DNA of 64,000 nt from Camelus ferus (Eukaryota): the NCBI RefSeq assembly GCF_009834535.1, contig NC_045729.1:15934001-15998000 (forward strand). Direction: 5' to 3'. Shown here in pieces: positions 35,546-49,150 of this stretch (its first letter is position 1; every line of letters begins with the position of its first letter). The position numbers were made by a program, and so were the translations under genes. The notes beneath the pieces are model-generated. The model saw nothing but the letters and a program-made list of their open reading frames with translations, searched no databases and was not told where the DNA came from.

Positions 35546-37801
35546 TTTATCTTACTGGTGCTGGTCTCAAATTCATTTTTGCCAGGGTAGGAAAAAAGAA
35601 ATGTGAAAGCATTTGTTTTCAATGGCCTCTTGCCCTCCTCCCACCACTGGGTGTCATTAGTGGACCCTGACATTTTTTGTAAGATTGATGGGTAAGAAGA
35701 ATTAAGAACATGCCTTTCACATTCTTCTTTTCAAGTGCTATTAAATATAGCAAAATGTTTGTGGGAGAGGCAGTGCCCCCTTGCAGCTTGGTATGGGGAC
35801 TAAGCCACCTTGCTTGCATTCTGGGATATTTTCAAGATTAAAGATACTACAATCTGAGGAGGGGTTGGCCCCCACTATGGGACTTCCATTGAGCACTTGC
35901 ACGTACTCACCAGAGCTTTTCATCAGAAATGAAATTCCAGTTGTAGGGAAAGGAAAATAGAACTCTCAAAAGGAGTCCAGAATTGTCAACTATTGAATCT
36001 TTATAACTACGCCAAGATCATCACCCTAATATCCTATACACTAACCCTAGGAGTTTGGGACTTACACCCAGGGTCCTGTGAGCTGTGTTGGGATTTCCAG
36101 GAGTCTAGCTTATTGTCATTATAGCAAGCTTAAAGCTACCCTCTTTGAGATTTATTTGCTGTGTGGTTAGGGATTATGATATATTCTGAGTGTCAAACAA
36201 TTGAAAGGATCCATGAATCTCTGAGCCTTGCAAGGAGCCATGAGAAAAAAAAAGCATTTATTCACAACAAATATATTAGCAGATTAAATTGGAAGGTAGC
36301 ATTGAAAATCTCACATCAGGTCAGATATTGTTACCATACAACTGAAAGAATTCCTCGTGATTTGAAATTTTTCCACAGAGTATTTTATAACTTATTTGTA
36401 GTCCAGACCTTCACCTCAACCACTGAACAAATAACAGTGCCTTATAAGCCTAAAACATCACGTTTTCTACTTTTCCAATCAAAATCATTGTACTCAGCTT
36501 AGATGAGGCTATGTTATAGTACCAACAAACCTGAAATTTTAGGCGTTTAACACACAAAAAGTTTATATACAAAAGAAAATGAGAAGATGATGGGGACTTG
36601 AATAACATTTTTTTTAAAGGAAAGAAGGATGGAAAGAAGGTTAGAATGGATAAACAAAGTAGGAAGAAAATATGTGATCATGAACAGATGAAAGGATGAT
36701 GGTTAATACATATTTGGATGCTGAATAAACAAACAATATGAATGTTTGGGGATAAAATTCTTCATCTTTCAAAATAAGAAGTCACTTTATCATGTCTATG
36801 AAATCTAGCAGCATAAGGGCATGACTTAGAAATGTGATGGTAAATATCAGAAGAAACATCTAAGATTGTTTCAAGGGTTTTATCTCTGTGAACTGGGAGT
36901 CAGAGGAAAGGGTGGATGGACTAGTGGGGCAGGAAACCTCTTAGATTTCATTATAAGCCTTGAATTTTCTTTAAACTATGTGCAAGTATTACTTTGGTAA
37001 AGATAAAGGTTAATTTTAAAAAACCCCAAAGATACACCTGATAATTTTGGCATGAAATATACACACCCCAGTCATGTTTTTAAACGTTTGATGGGATTCC
37101 CGGAAGGTACTTGGTTATTCTGCAGTGAAATAAAGGATTGCCGCCCCGTCCCCTACTCCTTTCATCTGAAATGAGTTTCTAGGGAAATACTAATTTGGAG
37201 TGAAAGGAGGGGAGTAATTTTCATCTTATGAAACGATTGGTTATTAGAAGCATAAAGTCTGGAAGAAGTTTTAGAGGCAAAAGAGGAATAAGAGAATTAA
37301 GGAGCTTAAGAAAAGGAATGGAAAATGGATGATTCTATCAATAGGCAGATAGAGCAAAACAGAGAACTCCCCAAACCACTTACATACTTTTTCATGAGGA
37401 CGGTTTAGATGCCCAAGTAGTCTGTCTTTATACAATAGATGCTTATTTAGTTGTAAAAATGGAAACTCAGAATTCCTACGTCCTGTATCCTGGAGGATTC
37501 CAAGTAGCAGAGCATCTGGCACTGTACTTGGCTCCAGACTCAGTCTCATAACTCCTTGTTTTTACAGACTTTTTCTTTCTGCAACTTTTTTTCATTTGAA
37601 ATCATCACCACCATCATTACCCCCCATCACAATAAAGCCATGGAATCAATGATCAGCTTTCACTCATGCAAAACCAAAAGAAATGGTTTAAAATAGAATC
37701 TGGAAGGGGATTTAGAAAAAATTTAATGATGGGGACATGATTTTAAGATTGCCTTGTCATTTCTCTCATGGGACTTTGGGATAGAAGTCGACTAATTTTT
37801 A

Positions 37802-37982
37802 CAATGATTCCCAAATTTAGCATTCATCAGAAACAAGAGAGCTTGTGAGAACACTTTCGGGGCCCCACCTGCAGAGATTCTGATTCAGCCAGTCTGGAAG
37901 CTAGGGCTTGAGAATCTGTATTTCTAACAACTTTCCGGGTCATGCTGATGCCACTAGTCTGGGACTACAGCTTAAGAATCCC
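37802..37982. mobile_element. MER5A-like hAT-Charlie element
   Basis: gggccccacctgcagagattctgattcag...gagaatctgtatttctaacaactttccgggtcatgctgatgc. Confidence 0.7.
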
Positions 37983-38108
37983 TTAAAAAGGGTTGATTCT
38001 TTGACGGTTTCTGAAATCCCCTGCTCACCATATCCCCTGTCTTTCTAGAAACATGTTGCACTGAGTGAATCGCTAAGAACCTGTGCTTGGGTCAGCTGCT
38101 CCATATGT

Positions 38109-39560
38109 TCACACAACTGTACTGATACTCTTCGCTCCCCAAGAGACTTTGTTTTGGGAACAGCTAGTAGAACGTGTCAAGTCCTCACTGAAAGCTGCCT
38201 CCAGAATTCCCTGCATGGACTGCTTTGCTTTTTTCCTAAAATCTTTCCCCAGGAGGGCATAAAGAAAGGGATTGAAGCAACTATTGGCAGATGCTAGAGC
38301 AAGAGACACATGGTCCCAGGTCAACAGGGCTACCCCAAAGGGAGTTTCTGGGTCAATAAACAATAACAGGACCCCAAAAATGTGGTATGGAGCCCAGCAG
38401 ACAAGGAAGACAACCACCACCACCACTGCCACTTTCAAGATTTTGCTCCGAGATTTGAAGTGGCCCTGTCGCATTCGGAAGAGAATAAGGCTGTAACAGG
38501 CCACCATGACAATGAACGGCAGCAGGAAACCCGCCACCAGCCTAGTGACGGTTATTGCTACCTGGGGTCTTGGCACTTGATGGACATACACAAATTGGCC
38601 TAAATCATCATCTTGGAAATCTTGTGATAAGTCAGATGTGTGTAAGGAATTGCTGGAGGCACTATAGAAAAGCTCTAAATCAGTAGGGGAAAAAGCAGCA
38701 GAGTGTCCCGGCGGGTTAGCTCTGTCATCTTCAACGGGAAACTCACTGGCGATTGCAGGCGAGACCTTGTCAGCAGGTTTAAATGAACCGTAGTATGGAT
38801 GTTGAACAGGTAATCTAGCTGAATCCGTAGGGAGTGAATCTCCAGAAGGTCTTTGAGATATTTGAGAATGGAGGCCACTGGTGTCTGTCCAAGACTGTTC
38901 ATTTGTTTGTAGAGAGAAAGAATTGAATCTACCATCCATTTCTCCAGGGTGCTCAACAGTGGAGTTTTTAAGAGACCAGTTTTCCAGTAGATCTAAGATG
39001 AAGTCTGAATCATCTACTGAGCTGTAGGAACCAAAATTGTAGCCACACATGTTATGGTCACCTATAGAGAACGTTTCCCGGTATATGAACACAGGTATAC
39101 ACATTACAAAAGCCATCACCCAGATGCAGCCACAGATGGCGGAGGCTGTGCCTACGTTGCGATGATTCTGGCACCAGACTGGCCTCAGTACCAAAAGGCA
39201 GCGGTCTAGGCTAATGGCCATCAGCAGGAAGACGCTGGCAAACATGTTGAGGATGATGATGGATGGGATGAGCTTGCATAGGAACCAGCCGTAGGGCCAG
39301 TGTCCTTGGAGAGCCAAGTGAACCAGGGAGAAGGGCAAGGAGAGGCAGCAGAGAAAGTCGGCCAGGGTGAGATGGAGAAACCAAACTGTGTTCACTGTGC
39401 GTTGCATCTTTAGGCCAGTCACCCACAGCACCAGTCCGTTGCCTGGCAATCCCAGTAAGAAAGTGAAGCCCAGAATGACCATGGGCAGAATTACATGGGG
39501 TTTATTCCAGGGCTGTGAGGGGAGGTCAGTTGAATTGGTCTCAGCAGAGAAAGACTCCAT
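38109..39560 (-). CDS. C3AR1: Complement C3a anaphylatoxin receptor (class A GPCR), 483 aa
   Basis: [18 protein letters not shown]...; seven hydrophobic helices, ISLDRC (DRY-equivalent), FNPFLY (NPxxY) and the very long ECL2 diagnostic of C3aR. The real start is ATG at 39560, 10 nt after the acceptor tatag| (exon starts 39570), not the track start at 39620. Confidence 0.98.
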   Translation of the reverse strand: MESFSAETNSTDLPSQPWNKPHVILPMVILGFTFLLGLPGNGLVLWVTGLKMQRTVNTVWFLHLTLADFLCCLSLPFSLVHLALQGHWPYGWFLCKLIPSIIILNMFASVFLLMAISLDRCLLVLRPVWCQNHRNVGTASAICGCIWVMAFVMCIPVFIYRETFSIGDHNMCGYNFGSYSSVDDSDFILDLLENWSLKNSTVEHPGEMDGRFNSFSLQTNEQSWTDTSGLHSQISQRPSGDSLPTDSARLPVQHPYYGSFKPADKVSPAIASEFPVEDDRANPPGHSAAFSPTDLELFYSASSNSLHTSDLSQDFQDDDLGQFVYVHQVPRPQVAITVTRLVAGFLLPFIVMVACYSLILFRMRQGHFKSRSKILKVAVVVVVVFLVCWAPYHIFGVLLLFIDPETPFGVALLTWDHVSLALASANSCFNPFLYALLGKDFRKKAKQSMQGILEAAFSEDLTRSTSCSQNKVSWGAKSISTVV

Positions 39561-40199
39561 GGCTAAATTTCTATAAAAACACAAACAAAAATAGTAAAAC
39601 TCTCTTTTCCAAAAACGCATATTCTTTGAGTTCTAACCTTCCCACAGAATGATGTAGGACCCAAAGACCCTCACACTGTTGTAGTTTGTGTTCCTTGATT
39701 TCACACTGGATTGCACAAAAGCATTCTCTGATGGACAGTTTAATATCTGCTCTATTGATTTAAATGTCTAGCAAAGTAGTAACTTCATTCGGAAGTCCCT
39801 ACCAATGTCAATTTCTCCGCTTTCTTGCACTTTCAGTCTCATTCTCCAATGGCTCCTTTCCAAACCTAACGTCCCCTTTAAACATGAACAAGCTAAATGG
39901 ATAAGCAAACAATGACTTTTTGACTAGAGGTTCCCAAACTGAGATCTGCAAAAGGACATCAGGAAGTTTCGTCATCACCTCAAGTGACAGAGAACACTTT
40001 AACTTTACGTATTTTCACTTCCGTTAGGGAAGAAGGTCTGTCCATGCCCTCTACCAGATTTTCAAAGGACTCATCACCACAGATAAATTGCTCTAGACTC
40101 AGTTATGTCTTTTAGATACAACCTCATCTTTTCCTTTTGGGACCAATCTCTCTTCGCATTGACTTCCTTACCATTCATGATTTCTTACTTATTTGTTTT

Positions 40200-41150
40200 T
40201 TTATATGGGGAAAGTAGCTTTATTATTACAGAAACAGAAAACATGTGTGAGGAGAATTGGAGAACATAAATAAGCAAAAATAAGAACACAAAAATTTTTC
40301 AGTCAGTGATTACTCCTTTAGCATCTCAATTTACATCCTTCTGGATCTTTTTTCATGTACATATGTGTATATTATATGTATGTATATTTTTTGCTAAGCA
40401 AAATTTAACAAAATTAGATTATACTGTTACATATTGGTTTAAATTTTTAAAATTCTGGTTATACTGATGTATATTGGTTTAAAAATTTTAAATTGTGGTG
40501 AAATACACGTAACATAAAATTTACCATTCTTAACCGTTTTAAAATGTACAGTTCAGTCATGTTAGGTAGATATACGTTATTGTGCAATCAATTTCCAGGA
40601 CTTTCTCATCTTGTAAAACTGAGACATTGGACAACGACTCCCCACTTCCTTTCCCCCCAGCCCCTGGCAGTCACCACTCTACTTTCAGTTTCTTTGTGTT
40701 TGACCACTCTAGCTATCTCACGTAANNNNNNNNNNNNNNNNNNNNNNNNNNNNNNNNNNNNNNNNNNNNNNNNNNNNNNNNNNNNNNNNNNNNNNNNNNN
40801 NNNNNNNNNNNNNNNNNNNNNNNNNNNNNNNNNNNNNNNNNNNNNNNNNNNNNNNNNNNNNNNNNNNNNNNNNNNNNNNTCTTTCCATGTTTGAGTTATT
40901 GTGGACAACACTGCTATGAATACGAGTGTAAATGCATATTGTTTTCTATAAACTGCTTTCTTATCAGTTAGCCGTCTCCACATTATACAGTAAGATTCTG
41001 CCTTAAGGAATGCTCAGACTTATCCATTGGTTTACAATGGTCCCCCAGATTCCCCTTATAGCTGATTTGTCAACAATTATATCCAATCTAGGATCATACT
41101 TTGTACCAGGATGTTTCTTAAGTCTCTTAATCTAGCATAGATTTCTCTTT
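40200..41150 (-). mobile_element. L1 (L1MA/MB-type) fragments in the C3AR1 intron, including a gap
   Basis: gtggtgaaatacacgtaacataaaatttaccattcttaaccgttttaaaatgtacagttcag...; ttgtggacaacactgctatgaa. Confidence 0.75.
40726..40880. other. Assembly gap (N run)
   Basis: Run of n inside an L1. Confidence 1.
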
Positions 41151-43303
41151 TTAAAGGATACTGGCTTGTTTTGGGGTCTGTTGTTCTCACTACTCACTTC
41201 TTAACCCTTTGTAATCAGTCTTCTGCCCCATCACTCTGCTAAAACTGCCTCTAGATAACAAATCCAAGTGTCTTTTTTCTCTGCCTTTATCCTTTACAGT
41301 ATATGAGCCATTTGATACTTGGACTCCTTAACACTCTCCTCTCTTGGCCTTGGTGACATTACCCTCCCCTAATTTTCAACACTCCCGTAAACATGCCCTA
41401 CTTTATAGCTTTCCTGGACAATTCACTACTCCAAGTTCATGCCATTTTCTCTTCCTTAGCTAACGCTGTTAACTTCTATCTAGAATTATATCCTCCACCT
41501 TAACTTCCTCTTTCCTCCCTTCTTAATCTCTATCTGTTGAAATCTTAGCCATTCTTCAAGATCAAGTTCAAATATATCCTCCTTGAAACCTCTCTTATAA
41601 TCCCAATCATAATTTAGTTCTTCAGTCTCCTAAATTATGTTTGTGTATGTGTGTATGTGTGTGTGTGCGCATGTGTGTGTGTTGAAACTTTTTTCATATT
41701 CTCTGTGTAATGATGCATTTTATTTTGTATTATAATGATTTTCCTGGCTGTCTTATCCATCATTCTAGCCTTAAATTTCACAATGGTGAAAAAGAGTCTT
41801 GTTCCTAAATGCTTGTTCCATGGAATTTAGCACAATGCCTTACAAGGCATAAAGATTAAAGATTACTTGAATGGATGAATGTTGATTTTGGGGGCTTACT
41901 TTTTTTTCTTTTCCAACTAAATTAAAAATTCTTATTCTTATCCATTTAACCCAGCAAGAATGCTGTCTCTTCTAACTTCCTTTTTGTTTTCCAGTTCCCA
42001 CTTTTTACTGGCAATAACAGCATTTTACATTTCCTTTTGTAGAAGCCCAAAATATTTTTGGGTCTTGGAAGTTGTTCTGCTGAGCTAACCAAATGCTGTC
42101 ATAGGGATAAGTAGAAGTTCAAACAAATCAGGCAACAAAATAATGAAAAAGTGATTCTCATTCTCTTTTCTGTAGCCTTGCTTATTTCAGTATTCAGTTC
42201 CTGTCGGGGACACTTTCTTCTCCGTTGTGCATGGCAAGTGACCTTGATCGACTGTCCTGCACATTTATTCACACAGAGACCCGTAAAATACTGAGAGAAG
42301 TACAGAGTCATGGAGTTCTAGGACTGAAAGGAAAGTTAGCAATCATCTCTTCTTGTCTCTATTTTTTATTTTGCAGTTTTTGACACTAAAACTCAGCAAT
42401 TTAGGTGACTTTCACATATTCACAACTAGGAGGGTTCTCAAATCCTAGGTCCAGTGACTGTCAGGCCAATAGTCTTTTTACTCCAATAATCACATAACTG
42501 AAAAGCCTTTGATATTGCTAATAAACGGAAAGGTACCCAGAGCTGTATGAGAAGAAGGAAGAATATGGACACAAAAAAGACGGAAAAGAGCAAAATTCCA
42601 ATATAAAGACATTGAGTCATCTGGAGTGAGCCATATTTTAAATGTCACATATTATCTGTCTTGAGATGAAAGTATATATGAATCAGAATCTTATCTTTCA
42701 GACCAAGATCATTTTTTATATTTCTCCAAGTGTTTTGGCTGAAAGGTACCTCTACATTTTTTTTTAGTTTTCAGTACTGAATTGGCTGACAGTAATTAAA
42801 AAGACAAATAAAATCCTGAAACTAAAATTCAACTACGATAGGAAAAGAAAAGCTGATTCCAGAGTCAAATACTAATGATAGGATGACAAAATCAGCAACA
42901 AAAAGGAAAGAGAAAAAAACAGAAAAGAAAGAAGAGAAAAAGAAAAAAAGAGGGAAATGGAAAAAAATACATATGTTAAGAAAAAATAGGCAAATCGATG
43001 ATTTGGAAAACAGAACTATTGGAGAAAGCTGGAATTAAAGGTCAGAAGAGAAACAGTTAATTTAAGAGAGGGGGGAAATGACATAAAAATTCACTATTAG
43101 TTCCAGAATGAAAATATTAAGAGCAAAGAGAAGTAGAATGTGGAGTATTTAGTGAAAGAAAAAGGTAAACATGGGGATAAAACAAAAGAAATAAAACTAA
43201 GGGAAGGAATAAGGGGAAATAGAAAAAAAAGATCCACAAACATTATTTATAATAAGCAAAACAAGCTAGACTCAAGTCATTAGATGGATTTAGGTGTTCT
43301 TAC

Positions 43304-43395
43304 CAAAAACCCAAGGTAGTAGCTGAAGGCTTCAGCACTGATCTGGAGGCCCCTGGGTGTCCCAGCAGATCCTCACACTTAACCACAATCAAGTC
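43304..43395 (-). other. C3AR1: C3AR1 non-coding exon 1 (start approximate)
   Basis: Minus strand ...gtgctgaagccttcagctactaccttgggtttttg|GTAAGA resembles the human C3AR1 5' UTR exon as I recall it; strong donor at 43304/43303. Confidence 0.8.
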
Positions 43396-43540
43396 CTGAA
43401 GTATGTTTAGGAAACTTGCTGAGTTTCTCCTGTTTCCTTTTCTCTCTTCTTTTCCGATGATAAATTCTAGCAGGCACCTCTGACTGCTATCTGACTCCAC
43501 AGAGTTTCAAAGTGAGTCATTTCTAAATGTGTCAGATAAG

Positions 43541-43545
<5 letters not shown>
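43396..43545 (-). promoter_or_regulatory. C3AR1: C3AR1 proximal promoter (AP-1, ETS-like, GATA)
   Basis: TGAGTCA at 43513-43519, AGATAA at 43534-43539 and several GGAA cores just upstream of exon 1; TATA-less. Confidence 0.6.
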
Positions 43546-43576
<31 letters not shown>

Positions 43577-43873
43577 AAGAAAAAGAAAGAAACTCAAACA
43601 AAACCAGAACAAAAAAAACAGAAGTGAGAGACTATAGTTCTCAGAAGTTTTCCGCAAGACAGAGTACATTGGAGAGTACTTTTTTACATAAGCATCTCAC
43701 TTTGTAGGTTTCGCTTTTGTTTCATTTTGTTTTAGAAATGCACAAAAACGACCCCATGAGAGTCAAGGTGGGGAGTGGTTGGGAAGAATGACCTGCACAA
43801 CTTCAGCTAATGAATCTCAAATAACGTCTTTTTTTTTTTTTTTTTAATGTATCGCACTTTTTAAAAATCTATT

Positions 43874-43990
43874 AGGAGAGAGGTAATTAGGGTTTATTTA
43901 TTTTTTAGAGGAGGTACTGGGGGTTGAACCCAAGACCTTGTTTGTGTATGCTAAGCATGCACTCTACCCCTTGAGCTATGCCCTCCCGCA
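43874..43990 (-). mobile_element. Vic-1-like SINE
   Basis: gagaggtaattagggtttattt...ggaggtactgggggttgaacccaagacc...atgctaagcatgcactctacc. Confidence 0.85.
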
Positions 43991-46969
43991 CAACTTCTTC
44001 TTTTTTTTCCAACACCTTTATTGTGGTATGGTTCCTGTACAGTAAACTATACATATTTCAGGTCTACAATTTGATGAAACTTGATAGATGTATACACCCG
44101 TGAAACCACCTCCAAAATCAAGCTTAACATATCCATCACTCCCCAAGGGGTGCAATTTTCAAATTCCCAATGTATCCTTTCCCACCCGCTTTAACCCCTG
44201 GTAACCGTAAGTCTGTTCTCTGTGAGTCTGTTTCCATTTTGTAGATAAGTTCATCTGTGTCCTTTTTTTTTTTTTAACGTACTAATCAACTTCTTGTCCA
44301 AACAATAATATCTGCTCCTCCTCTTGTTTGTGGTCAAATCACCATGAATATTTTTGAGGCAGAAAAACCCAAGAAAAATGCCACAAGTTCTGTTTTATTT
44401 ATTTGTTTGTCTGTCCATTAGTTTATGTATTTATTTCCATTATTATTATCTAATGACAAGAGTAGTACATACTTATAAAAAAAGATTGATTTAAATACTA
44501 CAGAAATATAAAGGGTAAGAGAATGAAAGTGTACATTTCCGTTTCCACTGCCTGGAAGTAACTTTTTTAAAGATTAGTATTCATTCTTTGTGAACTTTTT
44601 CTAGTTTCAAATAAACATGGGATTTACATGTGATTTTATGACTTGCTTTTTCACTTGACAATATATCAGAACATAGTTCCATGTTAGTGCATGTAATTCC
44701 ATTAATTACATTTTTATATAGTATTTAGAAATATTGAATAATGAATGTATTCAGAAAGCAGAGATATAAAACTCACAAAAGATAAACAGTACTACAATGT
44801 GTGTGTGTATATATATATATACACACACATTATATATATATATACACACACATTATATATATATGTATATATATATAAAAAATTCATTTCCATAGTAAAA
44901 AATTTGAATATAGAAAGATTAAAGTGAAAACTAAAATTTCCTGAACACCTAGCTACCCTAGTTCCACTCCCTGGAGGTAATCACTTTCATAAATACAACT
45001 GTAATTCCATTGCACATGTTGTTTTATTCTGCTTTCTCCATTTATCTTTTAATATTAGGACATAATGGCCTGCATCCTACTTTCAAAATTACTCCATATT
45101 ATATCATTTAGTCAATTATTCCCCTCTTCATGGATAGCCTGTTTTTATCCAGTGATAAACAATGCTTCCATGAGCACTCTTGTATTCTATACATCTATGA
45201 ATATTTCTGTAGAATGGTTTCCTAGAGTTGTAATTGCTAAATCTGAGAGCATGTGCATTTACATTGCTGAAAGATATGGTATTTTCCACTAAAGAGACTC
45301 CAATAATTTACACTCCCATCAACGGTGGCAAGGGTATCTATTCCATTTCCAAAAGGTAAGGTCTTTACCATTAAGTTCAGTATCATAAGCAAGTACATAG
45401 ACACTATGCTTTGCACTGCAGGAGATGCAATGATAGACGTATATATGCAATTATAATACAATGAGGGCTGCTAGCAGGTCCCAATATACCCTGCAGACAT
45501 GGACGAGGAAAAGACTAATTCTTACTGAAGCAAACAGGAAGACAATGCACTCACGAGGCAGCATTTGAGCTGGCCTTCAAGGATGAGTAGGGATTTGACA
45601 GACACTAACAGTGCTGGGAAATAATTTATTTGTCTCTCTACCCTATTAGACCAGGAATTTGTAATTTGTTTCTATCTCCAGTGCCTGCTACCGTGCCTGG
45701 AATAACATGTCTGGGGCACCAATAAATGAAGGAAGGAGTGGATGAATGTCTGGTTGAAAAGGATATTGGCTTTTGAATACAATTCAAAGAATTAATTTGA
45801 GTCTTTAAAGTTGTTTCTGGTGTGAATCTAGTTTTACTGATTCCTCTCTCTCTGAAGATTATAAAGCAATTAAAACCAGTCGGAGAATTTCTAGCTATAT
45901 TATTTGGATTTTCAGATCAGGAAGGACATGGCTGAAAACACCTTGCGAATAGAGCTCCTGTTTCTGGATGGCTCCAGGCCCTTTTTATAAAATATTAGTT
46001 GTATTATAGTGTAATGTGGAAAATTTGGGGGAATTTATGTGACTCTCTTCTGTTTTGTTCCTTTTTAATACTTAACATACATATTTATGCAGAGATCAGA
46101 TGCTTTGGAAAGAATGAAATTTTGAATCTACATAGCAAACACAGCCATTTTAAGACCTTTTACGAGTCACTAATTAATTCTCCCTTTTCAGTGATGGAGA
46201 TTGTACTCACTTGGCCAAAATTAAAATTTTAGAATCATAGAATCTCTAGCCTGTTTTGTCTGAAAGAATAAATGACAAAGTTTCTGTCCTTAGGGACTTT
46301 GATGAAAAATGATTAGATTCATTATTAGACTATATACGATTAATTATACTTTAAAAGATAAATAACGAAGTACCAAAAACTATGGTTGATGTAGACATAT
46401 GCTAGGACAATTTCTCAGAGGACAAGACTGATAAAGACTGATGGTGGTTAGGATGAGCTGAAAAATTTTCAAGGAAGACAACCCTTGAGGTGAAACATCC
46501 TCTAGATTAGGAATTTGAGCTCTAGTTTAAGTAATAACTACTTGACCTTGGGCTGGATGCTTGGCCTAGAACATTTTTTTCTTAGATGTAAAATTAAAGG
46601 GTTGGATTGAATTCTCTTTAAGGCTACTTTCACATCTAACAAACTTTAATTCTCGCATTTTAGCAGGGAGAGAGAAATTGAAAGGGCATTTCAAGCAGGG
46701 GGAAAATATAAACATGTATTAATGTGGAGGTGAATCCAACACACGTGGATGACAAGGAATGCGGTTTGGCTGGAGTGAAAAGGACACGTGGCTGAGCAAG
46801 AGGAGTGTAGGGAGCCTGAGTGTGACTCCTAGCTCTGCCCCTGACTAAGTGTGTGATTGTACAGGAATTATTCAGACCGTGTTTTCATTTCCTCACCTGC
46901 AAGGCAGGGATTGTGTCAGATTTTATTTATTGATCCTCAAGCCCGTTCCCCTTCTTCCTTATTATCTTT

Positions 46970-47465
46970 TAGAAGCCTGGGGGCTACATTTCCTAGACTT
47001 TCCCTCCAGCGAGGTCTGAATAGGCTCTACCCAAGGGCACGTTCATGTTTATTGGGAAGTGAAAAGGGAGTCATTGCTTTCGATACTGGAACTTGTGCAC
47101 AGAGACTGCAAGGTTTTTTTTTTTAAAACATTAAATAGGATAAACATTCAAAATATTAAAATATAAAAGAGAGGGAGAGTGAAAGGGAAATCAATGGCAG
47201 ACAACCGTGGTCAGCTCTTGGAACAGAAATGGCAGGTGTGTCCTTGGTCGCAGCTGGGGACTGTGGTCTCTAGCAGGATTGCAGGTGTCAGCCACATCCT
47301 CAGCCCTGTGACAATTTCTCTTCCAACTTTAGGGGAGTAGCTACCTGCAATTATGTTATCTGCTCCCCTGTTAATCTTCTAGTCCTTCCAACACTGTTAT
47401 AACCGAGTCCTCGAGGTAAACACCCTGTCTAAAGTACCTACAGTGGTTTCTGTTTTCCTGGCTGG
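46970..47465. mobile_element. MaLR (MLT1-type) LTR fragments
   Basis: gggctacatttcctagactttccctccagc...; ccttccaacactgttataacc...gtggtttctgttttcctggctgg. Confidence 0.55.
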
Positions 47466-48254
47466 GGGAACAGTCACTGTACCTACTCTATAGGATTGTT
47501 AGGAGTAAATAAGTTAATACACATAAAGCACTTAAAACAATGCTGGCTCATAGGCATTCAATAGATGTTAGCAATTATTATGTCAAAAAACTAATGTGCC
47601 TTCCAGTTGTCTATTAAAGCAAAACTGTTTTCCCACCTTGGACATGTAAATAATTCCCAGAATGTCCCCTTCTCATTTGTTAAGTCACATCCCTTCTGTC
47701 AAATCAAATCCTAACCCATAGTCCTCAAGGATGGAGATGAGACAAACTCTCTACTCCCTGTGGTTTAGCCACCTAAACCAGCCAAATTTGGCATGATGAA
47801 TCATTCAAAACTGAGTGGCTTAAAGAAAAGTTAGCAAACTTTGCTTCTTCTATTGATTCACTGATTATTGATTTTCTATTATAGTACGTATCCAGGGCAG
47901 CCAAGGAAGGGAGATTGGAGGGGAAGTAAACTGAGTGTTTCATGAACACCCTCTGTGACTTAAGTTCCGTAAAACTTAAAATGGACAAAGGACAAGGCTT
48001 CAGTCTGTGTTCATCTAATCAAATGAGAAGCCATAGGGACTTTTTTGTGAGGGACAGGATTCACGGCTACTGAGAGATAGATGGTTCTCATAAATGTAGG
48101 TCTAGATAACTTTTTGAGTAAATTTTGATGGATTTTTTAGGTTAGCTATCTTATTTGTTCATTATTTAGAAAATGTCTTCTCCATTTCCTTTCTCCTTTG
48201 CCTTTTCTTCCCCATTTCATTTCCACTATAATAGGGGCAAAGAAGGTGGCATGA

Positions 48255-49150
48255 CGTAACGGTACTCGGTTGGAAAACTACCCAGTTTTTCTTTCTGTGT
48301 AGAGAAACCCGCAGGTCTCCATTTCCTGTCTCCATTTACTTTCCCACAGCTGACACTTCACTTCTGACACTTCTGGTCACCAAATGTGTGTTTGTTGGTT
48401 TTTTTTTTTTTCCCCCATCATACAATTCTGTGATGCCAAGTGGGTGTCCCACAATTTAACTGAGTCCTGACACTGTCTACCTGGAGACAGCATTGCATCC
48501 CACAGGTTAAAGGTGAGTGCCACAAAACTGCTGCTCAGCTCAGGTGCCAATCTCAAGCAGTAGGTAGATCCCCAGGTCACCCACAACTTTTGTCCATCTT
48601 GGCTACAAATCTGAGGTTCCCAGGACTTCCTTCCCCTGGGATGTGATTATTTCCTAGAGTGGCTTATAGACTCAGGGAAATGCTCATTAAGTTCACCGGT
48701 TTATTAAAGGATATGATAAAGGACACAGATGAACAGTCAGGTGAAGAGATACATGGGGCGAGGTCTGGAGGGTCCTGAGTGCAGGAGCTTCTGTCTCAGC
48801 AGAGTTGGGGTGTGTCACCCTCTCAGTACATGGATGTATTCACCAACTTGGAAGTTCTCTGAACCCCATACTTTTGGGATTTTTATGGAGGCTTCATCAC
48901 ACAGGCATGATCAATTATTAATTCCATTTCCAGCTCTTCTCCTTTCTCAAGAGGATTGGGGTGGGACTGAAAATTCCAAGCTTCTAATTAAGGCTTGGTC
49001 GTTCTGGAGCCCTCACCCAGGAGTCATCCTGGAGCCTGCCCAGAGTCACTTCATTAGAACACTCCTAACACTAGAAAATTACAAGGGTTTCAGGAGCCAG
49101 AGGCACAGATCAAGATATATATTTTTCTTATTATAAATCACAATCTCAAC
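48255..49150 (+). mobile_element. MER21-family (MER21C-like) LTR
   Basis: gggtgtcccacaatttaactgagtcctgacactgtctacctggag...ggatatgataaaggacacagatgaacagtcaggtgaagagatacat...ttcttattataaatcacaatctcaa. Confidence 0.75.

Noticed and set aside
39561-39620. 20-aa N-terminal extension of C3AR1 in the ORF track (MRFWKREF...)
   Set aside because: It lies upstream of the splice acceptor at 39570/39571 and is mostly intronic. The conserved start is MESFS at 39560.
1-49150. Two MER21-family LTRs (1-290 and ~48255-49150) as a provirus or inversion substrate
   Set aside because: They are in opposite orientation, visibly diverged and 48 kb apart with host genes between them, so they are independent solo LTRs.
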